From: Diadema antillarum
Lineage: Eukaryota
DNA length: 64,000 bases
Reading direction: 5' to 3'
NCBI RefSeq assembly: GCF_040938485.1
Contig: NW_027272314.1
Coordinates: forward strand, 310,001-374,000
Shown: piece by piece, positions 1-11,743 of the stretch
How the letters are laid out: every line of letters starts with the position of its first letter
Numbering within the stretch: the first letter of the stretch is position 1
Position numbers and translations under genes: made by a program
The notes under the pieces: generated by a model
The model's input: only the letters and a program-made list of their open reading frames with translations
The model's database searches: none
What the model was told of the DNA's origin: nothing

Positions 1-95
1 AAGCGAGCCCGACACATTTGCCCTTCATCAAGGTACTTTTTCCACATTGTTGCTCTCCACCCACAAGTATAAATGGTTATCCGGTAGGATAAGAA
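1..95 (+). mobile_element. Degraded tRNA-SINE body fragment (truncated by window edge)
   Basis: CTCTCCACCCACAAGTATAAATGGTTATCCGG resembles the body of the SINE at 50096 (CCCAGGTGTATAAATGGGTACC). Lies in the intron downstream of the ubiquitin exon. Confidence 0.4.
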
Positions 96-224
96 AGTTT
101 ATGTTGGTTGATTAGCACCTGGTTGACCATTCACCTCATTGTAAATGCACTCATAATAACAGGACTTCCCTGTAATATGTCTTTAATTACTTAACAACCT
201 AGGGTTCTTGAGGTTTAGAGGTTA

Positions 225-368
<144 letters not shown>

Positions 369-759
369 TTACAGAGAGAACTCATTGAGAAGATGTGCTA
401 CGACATTGTGACTTGCTTTTCGTCAAGGTAGAGAGGTTAACGTCAATGAAGGGGCAATTTGTCAATCAGTTGCAATAAACACAACAATGCAAGAATGCAT
501 TAATTTGGACAATATGACCGATTCTTCTCTGGGATATTTTCTTTCTACTCCACGTTTAGTGACATCACAGGGGGGGGGGGGCAGTTTCTGAACATCACGT
601 TTCACAAACTGACAGGAAGAATCAAGATATGAAATTGAACAGCACAGCATGAATATCTGTATGGAATAGACAGATCATCCTGTTTATTTACATGGTGTAC
701 GTATTCGTATATCAACCACTACCTGTCCTTTGAATATGACATGGAAAATAGATGTAGGT

Positions 760-1163
760 TGTAAGGGGAATAGTAAATCGATTGTGTAGAACGATTACGA
801 TCACGATTGGTGGAGATCGATGTAGGAGGGAGGGAGAGAGACCTGAGAGAGTTCTAACGACGATGTAACGACCAAGAGGTAAAGCTTGTGTGCCGTGTCG
901 GCAAAAGTAAAAGAGAACAGATTGCATATTCCTGGTGTCGATATCAGTCATTCTGTGTGTTGTCTAACGAACCCTTACATTTGGCGCTGCGAGCAGGGTC
1001 GACACCAGGAATATGCAATCTGTTCTCTTTTACTTTTGCAGACACGGCACACTAGTTTTACCTCTTCGTCGTTACATCGTTGTTCTCTCTCTCCCTCCTA
1101 CATCAAGCTCCACCAATTATGATTGTAATCGTTCTACACAATCGATCTACTATTCCCCTTACA
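760..1163. mobile_element. Fold-back LTR-derived element: LTR (760-979) + PBS + inverted partial LTR (999-1163), TG...CA ends, 4-bp TSD
   Basis: Starts TGTAAGGGG and ends CCCCTTACA. AGGT lies at both 756-759 and 1164-1167. 999-1163 is the reverse complement of 760-941 (about 10 substitutions plus one ~17-bp indel by hand). An internal LTR end CCCTTACA lies at 972-979. Confidence 0.8.
982..999 (+). promoter_or_regulatory. Retroelement primer-binding site complementary to a tRNA-Ser 3' end
   Basis: TGGCGCTGCGAGCAGGGT lies 2 nt after the LTR-terminal CA. Its reverse complement ACCCTGCTCGCAGCGCCA has CCA, a G73 discriminator and acceptor/T-stem sequence like eukaryotic tRNA-Ser(CGA/UGA). The isotype call is from recalled tRNA sequences, not a search. 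Confidence 0.75.
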
Positions 1164-1305
1164 AGGTAGAATGTAGGCTTGTCACATCTCCCTCACTCAC
1201 TTCCTTCCTCTACCCCCCCCCCCCCCCCCGACACTTGACAAGCTTGATGAGCTTAACATTGAATGTCATAATTTTAAATGAAGATACGAGGCGCAATACT
1301 AGTAG

Positions 1306-2779
1306 TAGGGTGTCTGGTAGATTTTTGCAACTGGAGAAATACAAGTCATTTCACACTAAAACATACATATCCATAATGTCCATAGTTAACATAATACATG
1401 TGCAAAATTTCTCACCATAATAATGAATAATGGTGAAGTTATGAGCAAATAAAAACAGGGTATTTTTCATCCTCACGCTGTCAAAACCTTGGCGAAAAAG
1501 TGGGTCGCGAGCGTAATGAAATTCACTGTCAACAAGCGCACTCCAGTGGGCGGTGCTATTCACTGCGTTTATCACATTCAAAGCGCGCGTGTTTCTAAGG
1601 CTAAGCGCGCATCCTTGTCAGCTAGCACACACCTACCCAGCCAGCTGTGCGAGGCCCACTTCGATCCCGCGGCACGCACTTGTACTTGCACTCGCACGCG
1701 ATTTGTACACACGGGTTTACGAGACCGATGACCCATCATACATACAAACGTATCACAAACGTAGGTCTAACAGCGCGGCGGAGTAAAAGCGCACACAGTA
1801 GTGGTGCATGTGCGATACTAGTACAGTACATGGAGGCGCGCACATGTACCGGTACTCACATTACGTACCGGCGGTGCGCTATGGCAGCTGTGCGGAGGCT
1901 GAACATCGTACCTATGCATGCAAAACCGACTCGACTGTATGGAGCTTCGCGTAAGTGCGCGCCGTAACCACGAGTCATGGCGTGTAACTACGTGTCTAGA
2001 CTTGTAGGCCCCGCCTCGCTTAGTTCGCTGATGCTGTTACTAGGGTGTCTGGTAGATTTTTGCAACTGGAGAAATACAAGTCATTTCACACTAAAACATA
2101 CATATCCATAATGTCCATAGTTAACATAATACATGTGCAAAATTTCTCACCATAATAATGAATAATGGTGAAGTTATGAGCAAATAAAAACAGGGTATTT
2201 TTCATCCTCACGCTGTCAAAACCTTGGCGAAAAAGTGGGTCGCGAGCGTAATGAAATTCACTGTCAAGCGCACTCCAGTGGGCAGTGCTATTCACTGCGT
2301 TTATCACATTCAAAGCGCGCGTGTTTCTAAGGCTAAGCGCGCATCCTTGTCAGCTAGCACACACCTACCCAGCCAGCTGTGCGAGGCCCGCTTCGATCCC
2401 GCGGCACGCACTTGTACTTGCACTCGCACGCAATTTGTACACACGGGTTTACGAGACCGATGACCCATCATACTTAGTACATACAAACGTATCACAAACG
2501 TAGGTCTAACAGCGCGGCGGAGTAAAAGCGCACACAGTAGTGGTGCATGTGCGATACTAGTACAGTACATGGAGGCGCGCACATGTACCGGAACTCACAT
2601 TACGTACCGGCGGTGCGCTATGGCAGCTGTGCGGAGGCTGAACATCGTACCTATGCATGCAAAACCGACTCGACTGTATGAAGCTTTGCGTAAGTGCGCG
2701 CCGTAACCACGAGTCATGGCGTGTAACTACGTGTCTAGACTTGTAGGCCCCGCCTCGCTTAGTTCGCTGATGCTGTTAC
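1306..2779. repeat. Head-to-tail tandem duplication, ~735-bp unit x2 (1306-2040, 2041-2779)
   Basis: Both copies start TAGGGTGTCTGGTAG and end GATGCTGTTAC. They differ by a handful of substitutions and two small indels (3 bp and 7 bp). Confidence 0.95.
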
Positions 2780-3318
2780 TATGCTGACAAGGGTATCTTA
2801 ATCGCTATTTCGCGGGTTCATCCTGGGGAATAAGCGAAAAACCAATGCTATTTTTGGATTCAGCACCATTGAATCCTCCTACACATGTACGGCCAGTTTC
2901 ACAGTGGGACGGAACAGCCGAGTTATAGCAATGTTTAGGCTTAAATTTGAATTTAGGTAGAAATACTCCTTGATATCTACACTCGGCGTAGGACGAGAAG
3001 AATGAGACCACCACAAGCTTTCATATGATACCAAATTTATGGAGATTTGTTCCCAGGATAAACCCGCGAAAATGCCTGAAAGGTGATTTTAAGCCAAAAC
3101 TGTGGGTCCACTTTTTGACCGAACACGCGCCCTACGTTTGCCCATTGCCCAACACGCACTGAACGCATCTGGTAGTCGTAAGTTTATTTGAAAATGCTAG
3201 CGCTTTTGCATTCAAAATGTGACTTTCGTGATATCATTTAGTATCGAAGATAATATGATAGATTTCTCTTATTGTAAAAAATGTTTTGAACTAGTTTTAT
3301 GTTCTGTAGATGCATATA

Positions 3319-4090
3319 GGGTAAGGGCACCAGTATTCGGTCAGGCACCGGTATTCGGTCACTTATCACTAGTCACCAGCCAGTAAGTTCAACTGTCACA
3401 ACACACGCAAATCACACTAATTCACATACTTCCACACTCATTCCCAACAGGAAACTCCCTTAGCCCCCTCAAAAAATCCATCCAAAATCCCAAATTTTAC
3501 CGTCAAAAGTGCAGAATCGGCGCTACTTTCCAAAAGCGCGAGCGGATAAGGCCCAGTTTTAAGAGTACGGGTCGCCGATAAAGCGCTAAAAATCGAAAAA
3601 TACGCCGTTCTCTCGCGGGATTTTTCGCTTATCGCAAGCTTAGAGTGTAATGGTATCCTCAAAAACGCAAAAGAAAAACAAAATTTCCGTACGTGCCAAT
3701 ACAGTGTCCCAATGTACAAGGGTTGAATGCAAGTGCCGAGGCCCCAGTATTCGGTCACCAACGGTCGCCGCAACGTCCCCGATGCAATTTTGCGCCAACA
3801 AGGTAGCGCGCGCGCGCATTTTTCAGCTGCCTTGAACACGCATTGACTTTGAACGCGCACATCGCGTGACCGAATACTGGAGCCGATGACCGTATACTGG
3901 GGAATTTTCAAGGTGAAATATTTCGGGATTTTGTGCAATTCTGTGAGATATTTAACACAATGAAAGTTGAGATTAAAGAAATTTGATATATTTCACATAC
4001 ATTGCTGTAGATATGATGTATGTATGTATTATTCTAGTTAGAAAAATATTGCAAAAAAGCTTAAGTGACCGAATACTGGGGATGTTACCC
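3319..4090. mobile_element. Non-autonomous DNA transposon (MITE), TA TSD, Tc1/mariner-pogo-like
   Basis: TA|GGGTAAGGGCACCAGTATTCGGTCA ... TGACCGAATACTGGGGATGTTACCC|TA imperfect TIRs. Six copies of a 14-bp CCAGTATTCGGTCA-type motif. No ORF. Confidence 0.75.
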
Positions 4091-4218
4091 TAGACCTAGA
4101 AAATCTAGGTCAAAGATGACTTGTGAACTCGCGACTTTTGCGTGAATTTCGAATGGGATGACAAAGCGCATCGCGCTACCGACGCCCTAAACTAACATAA
4201 AGTTAACGTTAGAGTTAC

Positions 4219-4240
4219 CAAGCTTGTTCACAGAAAAGGT
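4219..4240 (-). promoter_or_regulatory. Candidate TCT/5'TOP start and short non-coding exon 1 of the ubiquitin-fusion gene (candidate A)
   Basis: Minus strand reads CCTTTTCTGTGAACAAGCTTG|GTAACT: pyrimidine start, ~20-nt exon, donor. Inference only. Confidence 0.25.
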
Positions 4241-5685
4241 TTCCAAAAATGTCAAATCTTTTTTGAAATTCTGGCCAAAGTAGACTAAAAAACACATCCG
4301 CCAAACAATTAACAACCCTTCCGAAGCCCCACATTCATTTGGCGATATTTTGCAGAATGAAATACAAATGCCATCCTTCCCAAATCGTTTCACGTGCTCC
4401 GTGCAATCCACCCTGATGAGGGTTCTTTCGTCTCTCAGATCAGTTAGAGAACACTCAATGACCAAAAAAAAAAAAAAAAAATAGCAAACGGATTTTTCTG
4501 TTGAGAAAAATCTACAACACTCTAGTTGCACCAGTGTAGCTAGCTACTGATTAGTCTAACGTTAGTCATTTCAGAATCTAGTACGCCCATAATATGTCCT
4601 TAAAAGTTCAGGTGCAATGGTGGATCGTGGATGTATTGCCTTAGAGTGGAGTGTGTGCATGTGCATGAATGCGCTCTGTTCACTACATGCATGCATCGAT
4701 TGTGCGATGGGTATGGCATGAATGGCACGTTTCTGTGCACGACACGAGACATTTCACGCGTATTAATCTAACCACTGGGAAATGTGTATTTGTGAAACTT
4801 TTGTAAATGATTTCTCGTGAAAAACCCATGATCTGAAAGATGTACAACATACAGAATCACCATGTGCATATTTATAATCACAAAAATTATGTCTATACAA
4901 ATGCGAAAGGATAATTCGCGGCACATTCTCAACTCGTGTCCCTTACTTTATCACCACACCAAGGAAAAAGACCGATGGAGGAATATCTACAAGTGAACGC
5001 AGATGGCAGTAGACACATCGCAACCACCACCTGCTCACACAGCGCTTCCACAAGACATACTGAGTATGGTAGGTGTTCAACCCACCGACCGGGTCCATAA
5101 CGACCGGCCGCGCATTATAATGGCATTGCGCGTACAGAAAGAAAATGTACGCATGGGACTACGCGCAACGGTGTTCGATTCTTCACTGGGCTACGCTACC
5201 GAGTAAAATGTGGCGAAAACAACTAAGTTATTCGTATTCCCTCTAAATTACCGAAATTTAGCAAAATCGAATAAGGTTTATCGTGTAACTACATATAACT
5301 AGGCCTACCTTTGCTGACTCGTTGTTAGATGTAGAGTATCCTTCCGTAATAAATTTGACGATTTTGACCGCAAAATTGTCACCGCCGCTTGTACGATCGT
5401 GCACACATGTTACACATACACATGACATAAACATTTTGTCGCCCGCTACGACCGTACGAGTTGATGCAGAAACGAGAAATGAATGTGAAAAAAACAAACC
5501 GACTCATCTAATTTATTTCAATTATGATGAAAAGTTTCCGAATGAAAATCAATTCAAATTCATCAAACAGTCCTTCATAAGTAATATCGAAGGATTCAAA
5601 ATATATTCAAATATTATTGGGGAAAAAATGACGGCTAGAAAAAAACAGCGGCCTGTCGAAAAAACGCATTTAAATGCCCTTTATA

Positions 5686-5769
5686 CGTATTGTCAGGGTG
5701 GTCGGTTGAAATGAGCAGGGCAAGTGAGTGCGGAAAAAAGGACACCCCACGCGTTCGAAGCCGCCATCT
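5686..5769 (-). promoter_or_regulatory. Candidate TCT/5'TOP promoter with adjacent YY1-like site (candidate B)
   Basis: Minus strand TCCTTTTTTCC matches the YYCTTTYY TCT motif of ribosomal-protein genes (+1 at 5740). GCCGCCATCT at 5760-5769, CpG-rich context. The nearest donor (GTATAA) is weak. Confidence 0.3.
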
Positions 5770-7741
5770 AAGAGCGCGTACCTCAGATCGCATTTTCAGT
5801 GCGCGCTTGTGAATCCGGAGTATTTTCTCCACACGTGAGTAAAATTTCAGGCAAATTGTGAGATTTTTCACGTTTCTATTGATAGAAAAACGTTAGGTGT
5901 CCGGTATTACGAACACCCAACCATACCACTGGCCATAGGTTTTTGCCCACTACCTACTCGTACAGTAGTATGCTAAAACATCTTTGCCCAGCTGTGAATG
6001 AACTTTTCACAGGGTGAAAAGAACCCTGTATTACATATCAGAGCAAAAAATAATGTGGAAATAATACGAGAATCAGGTATAAACAGGTGATTTAAGTCTC
6101 AAGAATATTAATGTAGGTCCCTATAGTCATGACTCATATATGATTGGCGCTGCATCTTTTTATCATAAATAATTTATTTTTCTATTCTTTGTGAGTGTAT
6201 CATATATTATTAAGTACAATTTCCTTTAATATAAACACTTTGTTGTTGTACATAATTGTTCTCGTTACAGAATATTTTCAAGTCTCTAATTAATGCTCGG
6301 TGAATAGGTGGGTTTTGATTTTGGCAACGCATTTTTAGAAGTTCTTCTTTTTCTCACAAATGGCCATTTTTAAGGGCTTTCCCCCTAATTTAGTACAGAT
6401 TTAATGAATCTAAACAGTTCACGTCTTCTTTTTCATATATGACTGATGTAAACATGGCCGGCGAAACCGGGGGGGGGGGGGTTGGGGGACTCGCCCCCCC
6501 CCCCCCCGCCTTGTTTGTTTGTTTGTTTTTCCCATGGAAGTGCGTATTATAAGTGGCACTAGAAAGAAATAGGTAGAAACCTTGAAGTGTGAGCGCGGTA
6601 ATGCCTTGTTTTTTGCGCTGTTAACAAGACCTTTTTTTCTTTTTCTTTTTTTTTTTTGGCTTGTTAGCTCATGAAACCCGGAAGTGGGCCCCCTCCACCC
6701 CCCCCCCCCCCCCCCCTCCAACTTTAAAAGTGGCCGCTGGCGGTGGTCAACGAAATTCCTCCAAGAGTTCATCACAGGAAACAATGAGACTATTGACCGA
6801 TTCGGGTTCGTTGAGGGCAGCAGACATTTTACGGCACAGGGCGCAGCCATAGTGGGTGTATCAGCCGACCCCCCCCCCCTATATATGCATACTACTAGTA
6901 CCACTTTGTACAATATTTCTTTGCGCCTTGTAAAGTTGAGGAGGAGACACTGTTAAACAGCATACAACAACATCAACACATTCCTCTCTCTTTGATATAT
7001 TTCTCCTCTGTCTAAATCTCTCTCTCTCTCTCTCTCTCTCCCCATTTTGTACGTTGCATGATATTGTTCAGTATCTCGCTTTGATAACTTCAGTATATTC
7101 ATTACAATGTATCGTTGCTATAAGACTTCAATACTGTTGTATCAACACTTTGTTCAATTCACATTGTTTTTTTACATTATCCTCTGTCACAAATAAAGTG
7201 AAAAATGTTATTGCAAGTTTAGTAAGTTTTTATCAAAAATTGAATTAGATTTGAATCGAATTAGATATATCACTGTACTAAGTGAGCCCTTTAATCACTC
7301 AAAATTACCCTTTAGATTTTACTTATCTTTTACCTCCATTGTGTTATAATGTCACCGTGTTCTTTCTTTCTACTACGATATACAGTATTGCGTCTTTTCA
7401 TCATAAGTGATTCTCTCTTTTTTTTTCATTGCCTGATCAACTGTGCGTTTGCATGTATTGATATTTTGTCACTATAAAATCCTGGTATGATATACACACG
7501 ACTCATCAATGGTGTCTAGACCTGTGCCTTAATTCTCATAATCGAGTTTGTATGTCCTCTATATACTTTTAAACAAACATGATACTGCCTACAACGTAAT
7601 ATCAATAAATTTATAAAAGGATTCAGTTATTGTAAGTAGATAAATCTGAGTTGCATTTGTATTACTTTTTTTGTTGGATAGAAATAAAGCACAATAGATA
7701 TGCATGTACAACATGTAAGCGCGTATGTGTTTGTGTTTGTT

Positions 7742-7746
<5 letters not shown>

Positions 7747-7785
<39 letters not shown>
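7747..7785. repeat. (GT)n microsatellite
   Basis: Direct. Further (GT/CA)n tracts near 19288, 23010, 23965, 25383, 36775, 44878, 45074 and 45429. Confidence 0.95.
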
Positions 7786-7790
<5 letters not shown>

Positions 7791-7856
7791 GGATGAGAAT
7801 GAGGGAAAAGAGAGAGAGGGGGAGAGAGGGAGAGAACGCGTCTTGTCACATAGGTA

Positions 7857-8255
7857 GGGTCTACAGTGTCGGTTTAGACGGGGCTCAATGTTTCCAATGT
7901 TTTTAACGATGATATTTTGAGATAATGCGAAACCTCTTATGGAACGGTCGCGAAAAGGAATTCAGTTATTTTGATGAAAATCGGTTACAAAATGACTAAG
8001 ATGTCCAGAGTAAAGCGGTTCTAATATATGACTCTAGAAGTAATAAATGACGGGACGCACCTTTTATTAGGATTATTATTTTTTTACTTTGTTTCTGGAT
8101 ATCTCAGCCATTTCAAAGCCGATTTTCACCAAATGAAAATTGAATTCCTTTCAGAATTGTATGCTTTTTGACATTTTATGAAGTGTTTTTTAATATAGTA
8201 TCTTGCAAAAAGTTAAAAGCTGAAATCTCACCTCAACCAATACTCTACAACCCCT
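7857..8255. mobile_element. Kolobok-type MITE, degraded left end, same family as 22138-22521
   Basis: Right end CCCCT|TTAA. Internal TTGATGAAAATCGG / GATATCTCAGCCATTT blocks shared with 22138-22521. Confidence 0.55.
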
Positions 8256-8445
8256 TTAATTCCATTTTCTTTGATTGTATTGTAAATGTACAACTTTACT
8301 GTATTTAAGATATTATGGAATTTGACATTCCGATTTTAATTTTAACTTGTGCAAATTGGTGCATTATGTATTTCATGGACACAAACATGGGTATTAGTGC
8401 CATTTTTTTCCATGTGCACCCGTAGACATGTTGTTTTTGTGTCTG

Positions 8446-8574
8446 AATAAATACAATACAATACAATACAACATAACACAATACAATACAACACACTACA
8501 ATACAACATAACACAATATAATACAATATAATAAAATACAATACAATACAATACAATTCAATACAATACAATAC
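8446..8574 (+). repeat. AATAAA followed by (TACAA)n pentanucleotide tract, probable LINE 3' tail
   Basis: AATAAA at 8446-8451, immediately followed by degenerate TACAA repeats. Confidence 0.7.
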
Positions 8575-10402
8575 TGCAGAGTAACTTGACTTAACTATAG
8601 AAGAAAAAATCTGACTTAAACTAAGTATAAGATTATAATCTCCAATCTGAATTCAAATTGGATGGAAATAATGATAATGATAATGATAATGAATAACATT
8701 TATATAGTGCTTAATAATGATGTTTTTAAGCTCATCAATCCGGGGGAAAAAAGTATAACGTTAAAGTAAAATACGGCATTATGTACATGACAGCGACAGC
8801 AACAACAACAACAGCAGAATTAAGACTGTGTAAACAGATAAGTTTTTAACAATGACTTAAACCTATCAACATTTTCAGCGTTACGAATATAGAAAGGGGG
8901 TTTATTCCAAAGAAGTGGGGAAATAACAGAAAAGGCCCAATCACCATAACGTGTACAGGTGCGGGGACCACATGATAATTGGAGGGTGGAGGAAGAACGG
9001 AGAGAATATTTGGGAACTGGAAACTTTCCGGTTTTGTCGAAGCATGCTAAACTACATGCACGTTTGATGCGCTTTTCGAAACAGAATCCGATTTTCTCAT
9101 TGTGTGCCCTGCATTATGTGGTGATCGGCTTTCGTAACGGTTTCTCTGCCATTCTATTGGCATTAAAGTGAGACAAACCACATATCACTGGAAATTACGA
9201 CATTTTTCACATGCCACCAAAAACAGAAATTTTTCTCCAGCACTTCCAATGTCTGATTAAGGTCTATAGCTTCCACAAACACTATAATCCCAACATTACT
9301 CGCGTATAATAAAGCAGCAATCAAAACAATCAGTAAAATAATGTTAAGCGTTAATTGGTAAAGATCACGTAGAGAACAATGTTGCAGATTTAAAAAAAAA
9401 AAAATCAACGTAGTTTCACTTCGGCTTAACGGAAGAACACTCACTATCCTCAATTATAAGTCAGGGGAGTAATATCACCTTATTTTGTGAAATGTATTCT
9501 ATGTTCCTTTTTGAGGGGGAATATTGATATATATGTACTTTACATATATGTAATATTGACATATATATGTATTTGTAATATTGACATATTATGTACTTAT
9601 CATTTTATGTGGAAGGAAAAATGTATTTACAAGTTCTGTTGGAGATTGAACAAATAAATGAAATGAATGAAATATATTTCTTTAGAATATCATTGTCCTT
9701 GCAAGACGAAATGGACATTATAGTCTTGTCCATCAATGGCGACACCAAATCTCTAATATTTACTATGTCACATACTATTAGCTATGTTATGTCAGACTGC
9801 CATATAGTATTGTATAATATGAAAAATGTTGGAATATTTGTACGCGGTACTCATTTACTCAAATCTTTTCAATCTGATTCCTCTGCAAATTAAAAACCGG
9901 CAAACTATAGAATAATAGGCTATCCACAATAAAGTGGTTTTACTCTCTGGGATGTGGCTGCGACCACATAAATCATTGACCTGGAAATGAAGTGAAGTGG
10001 AAAGGCGAGACAGACTTGAAAGTCGCGAGTACACTCTTAACCGGTCACGGAGTACCGATTGATACAATAACTTCTTCAATGAGTTAATTGCATTTCTAAC
10101 ACTAAACAGATGATATTCACGCATAGACCTTGCAGTGGTACCTTCACCACATCATCATCATTATTATTATTTTCGTTTGAAAATCGCATTAGGTCGACAA
10201 GTTCGATGGGGTATTGGTAAGATCTGTTTCGTTCCCGCAAAATATGAGGGTAGTGAATCATAGATTTGGATGTAGATCGAGAAGAGAAAGTGAGAATGAG
10301 ATACTGTACCAACCCGCCCGAGAAAAACAACAACAGCAACAACAACGAGAATGACAGTGTGTTTGAGTATCAACTATCTGACTATCGCAGTAGACATCAA
10401 GT

Positions 10403-10482
10403 TTTGATTTGATTTGATTTGATTTGATTTGATTTGATTTGATTTGATTTGATTTGATTTGATTTGATTTGATTTGATTTGA
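10403..10482. repeat. (TTTGA)16 microsatellite
   Basis: Direct. Confidence 0.95.
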
Positions 10483-11743
10483 TTATACACGTAGGCCTAC
10501 ATGACATTGCTGGTGCCATATATACATAAACGTAAGTCGTTTTTAAACAAAGTAGTTTTTCGTCATTACATTTATAATGTACAGCAAAATGAATCAGCGA
10601 TACAATGAATAATACATGCAGAAGGGCTACATTAACAGCTTAAGTGTAGCTTGATTCGCATGCAGCCCTCGTACATGATACACTTTGGAAAAAAGATAGG
10701 AGGGAGGAATGACTACCGTAGAGATCGGATAAAAGAAAGGAGAAAGGAAATGAATTACTTCAAATGGATGTATTTTTAATGTGTGTATGTGTGTGTATGT
10801 CTACATGTAGACAAATTCGTGCTCTAACATTCATTGATATGTCTACAGAAGAGATATTTTGATAGGATGATCAATAAACAGGATCTTCTACTTCTTATAT
10901 TGTATTTGTGTCGGTTGCAGCACTGTTGAATTTCACACAAATAACGGGGACGTTCAAGGGAGGGAGATACGAGAAAACGTTCAGTTCTTTTTGCATCTAT
11001 CTATTCTTTTTTTTTTTTATTTCTGATTAAAAAATTGTGATCATTATCATTAAGTTAGGAAAGACAGGACCTGCATAAAATTTGATTTGCTTTGATTTGA
11101 TTTGATTGTTCCACATCAATTCAATCATAGTTTATTTCCAATCAACGAAAATCAAAAACATAGTACAATGTATACATGTCATTAAATGATATTGTTCAAA
11201 CGCTTGCAAAAGATTCATGTAATATACGAGACAAATTATAGAACAACATATATGTACAATAATAAAGAGGAACACTGTACAAATACTACGTGGGCGAGCG
11301 GAAAATAAATTCGATCATGGAAAATAGTGATCCACTAAAAAGCAAAGCTTGTCGGACGTGGATCGCTAGATAAATAATGAGTGAATGATATACTATTCTA
11401 TAACAATATACATGTAGTTATTTTGAGATACACAGGTCGGGAAAAAAATATAGAATACCAATGCTATAGTGCCCGGACACTGTTCATTGAACCACGTGTA
11501 CCGGGGAAATATGACAAGGACAATACATTCGTACACACATTCAATTACCCACACGCATATACACTGTTGGACGCGAAACAGTACCGAGAGGAGAGAAGAC
11601 GGTAACAATATACAAGTCTACGAAGAACAATAGACGGGAAAGGAAAAGGAGAGAAGAAAGAAGAGAGGTCTGCACACAGAACACGCCAAGTGCTGCGACA
11701 TCAGGACAGGTGAAAGCTCAAACATAAATTATAGCAATTTAAA

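Noticed and set aside
4413-4445. CTGATGAG resembling a hammerhead core
   Set aside because: No stem II closing onto GAAA follows. Similar partial hits near 28997, 30845, 46035 and 49485 also fail.
6419-6956. ORFs of 164 aa and 90 aa over poly-G/poly-C tracts
   Set aside because: Translations are homopolymer-driven (GGGG/PPPP/KKKK). Probably a degraded G/C-tract repeat, and I could not define TIRs or a TSD.
7589-8571. Short ORFs over microsatellites (also near 23800, 24700, 44800, 45400 and 50100)
   Set aside because: Translations are simple-repeat products (HTHT, VCVC, IVLY, NNN).
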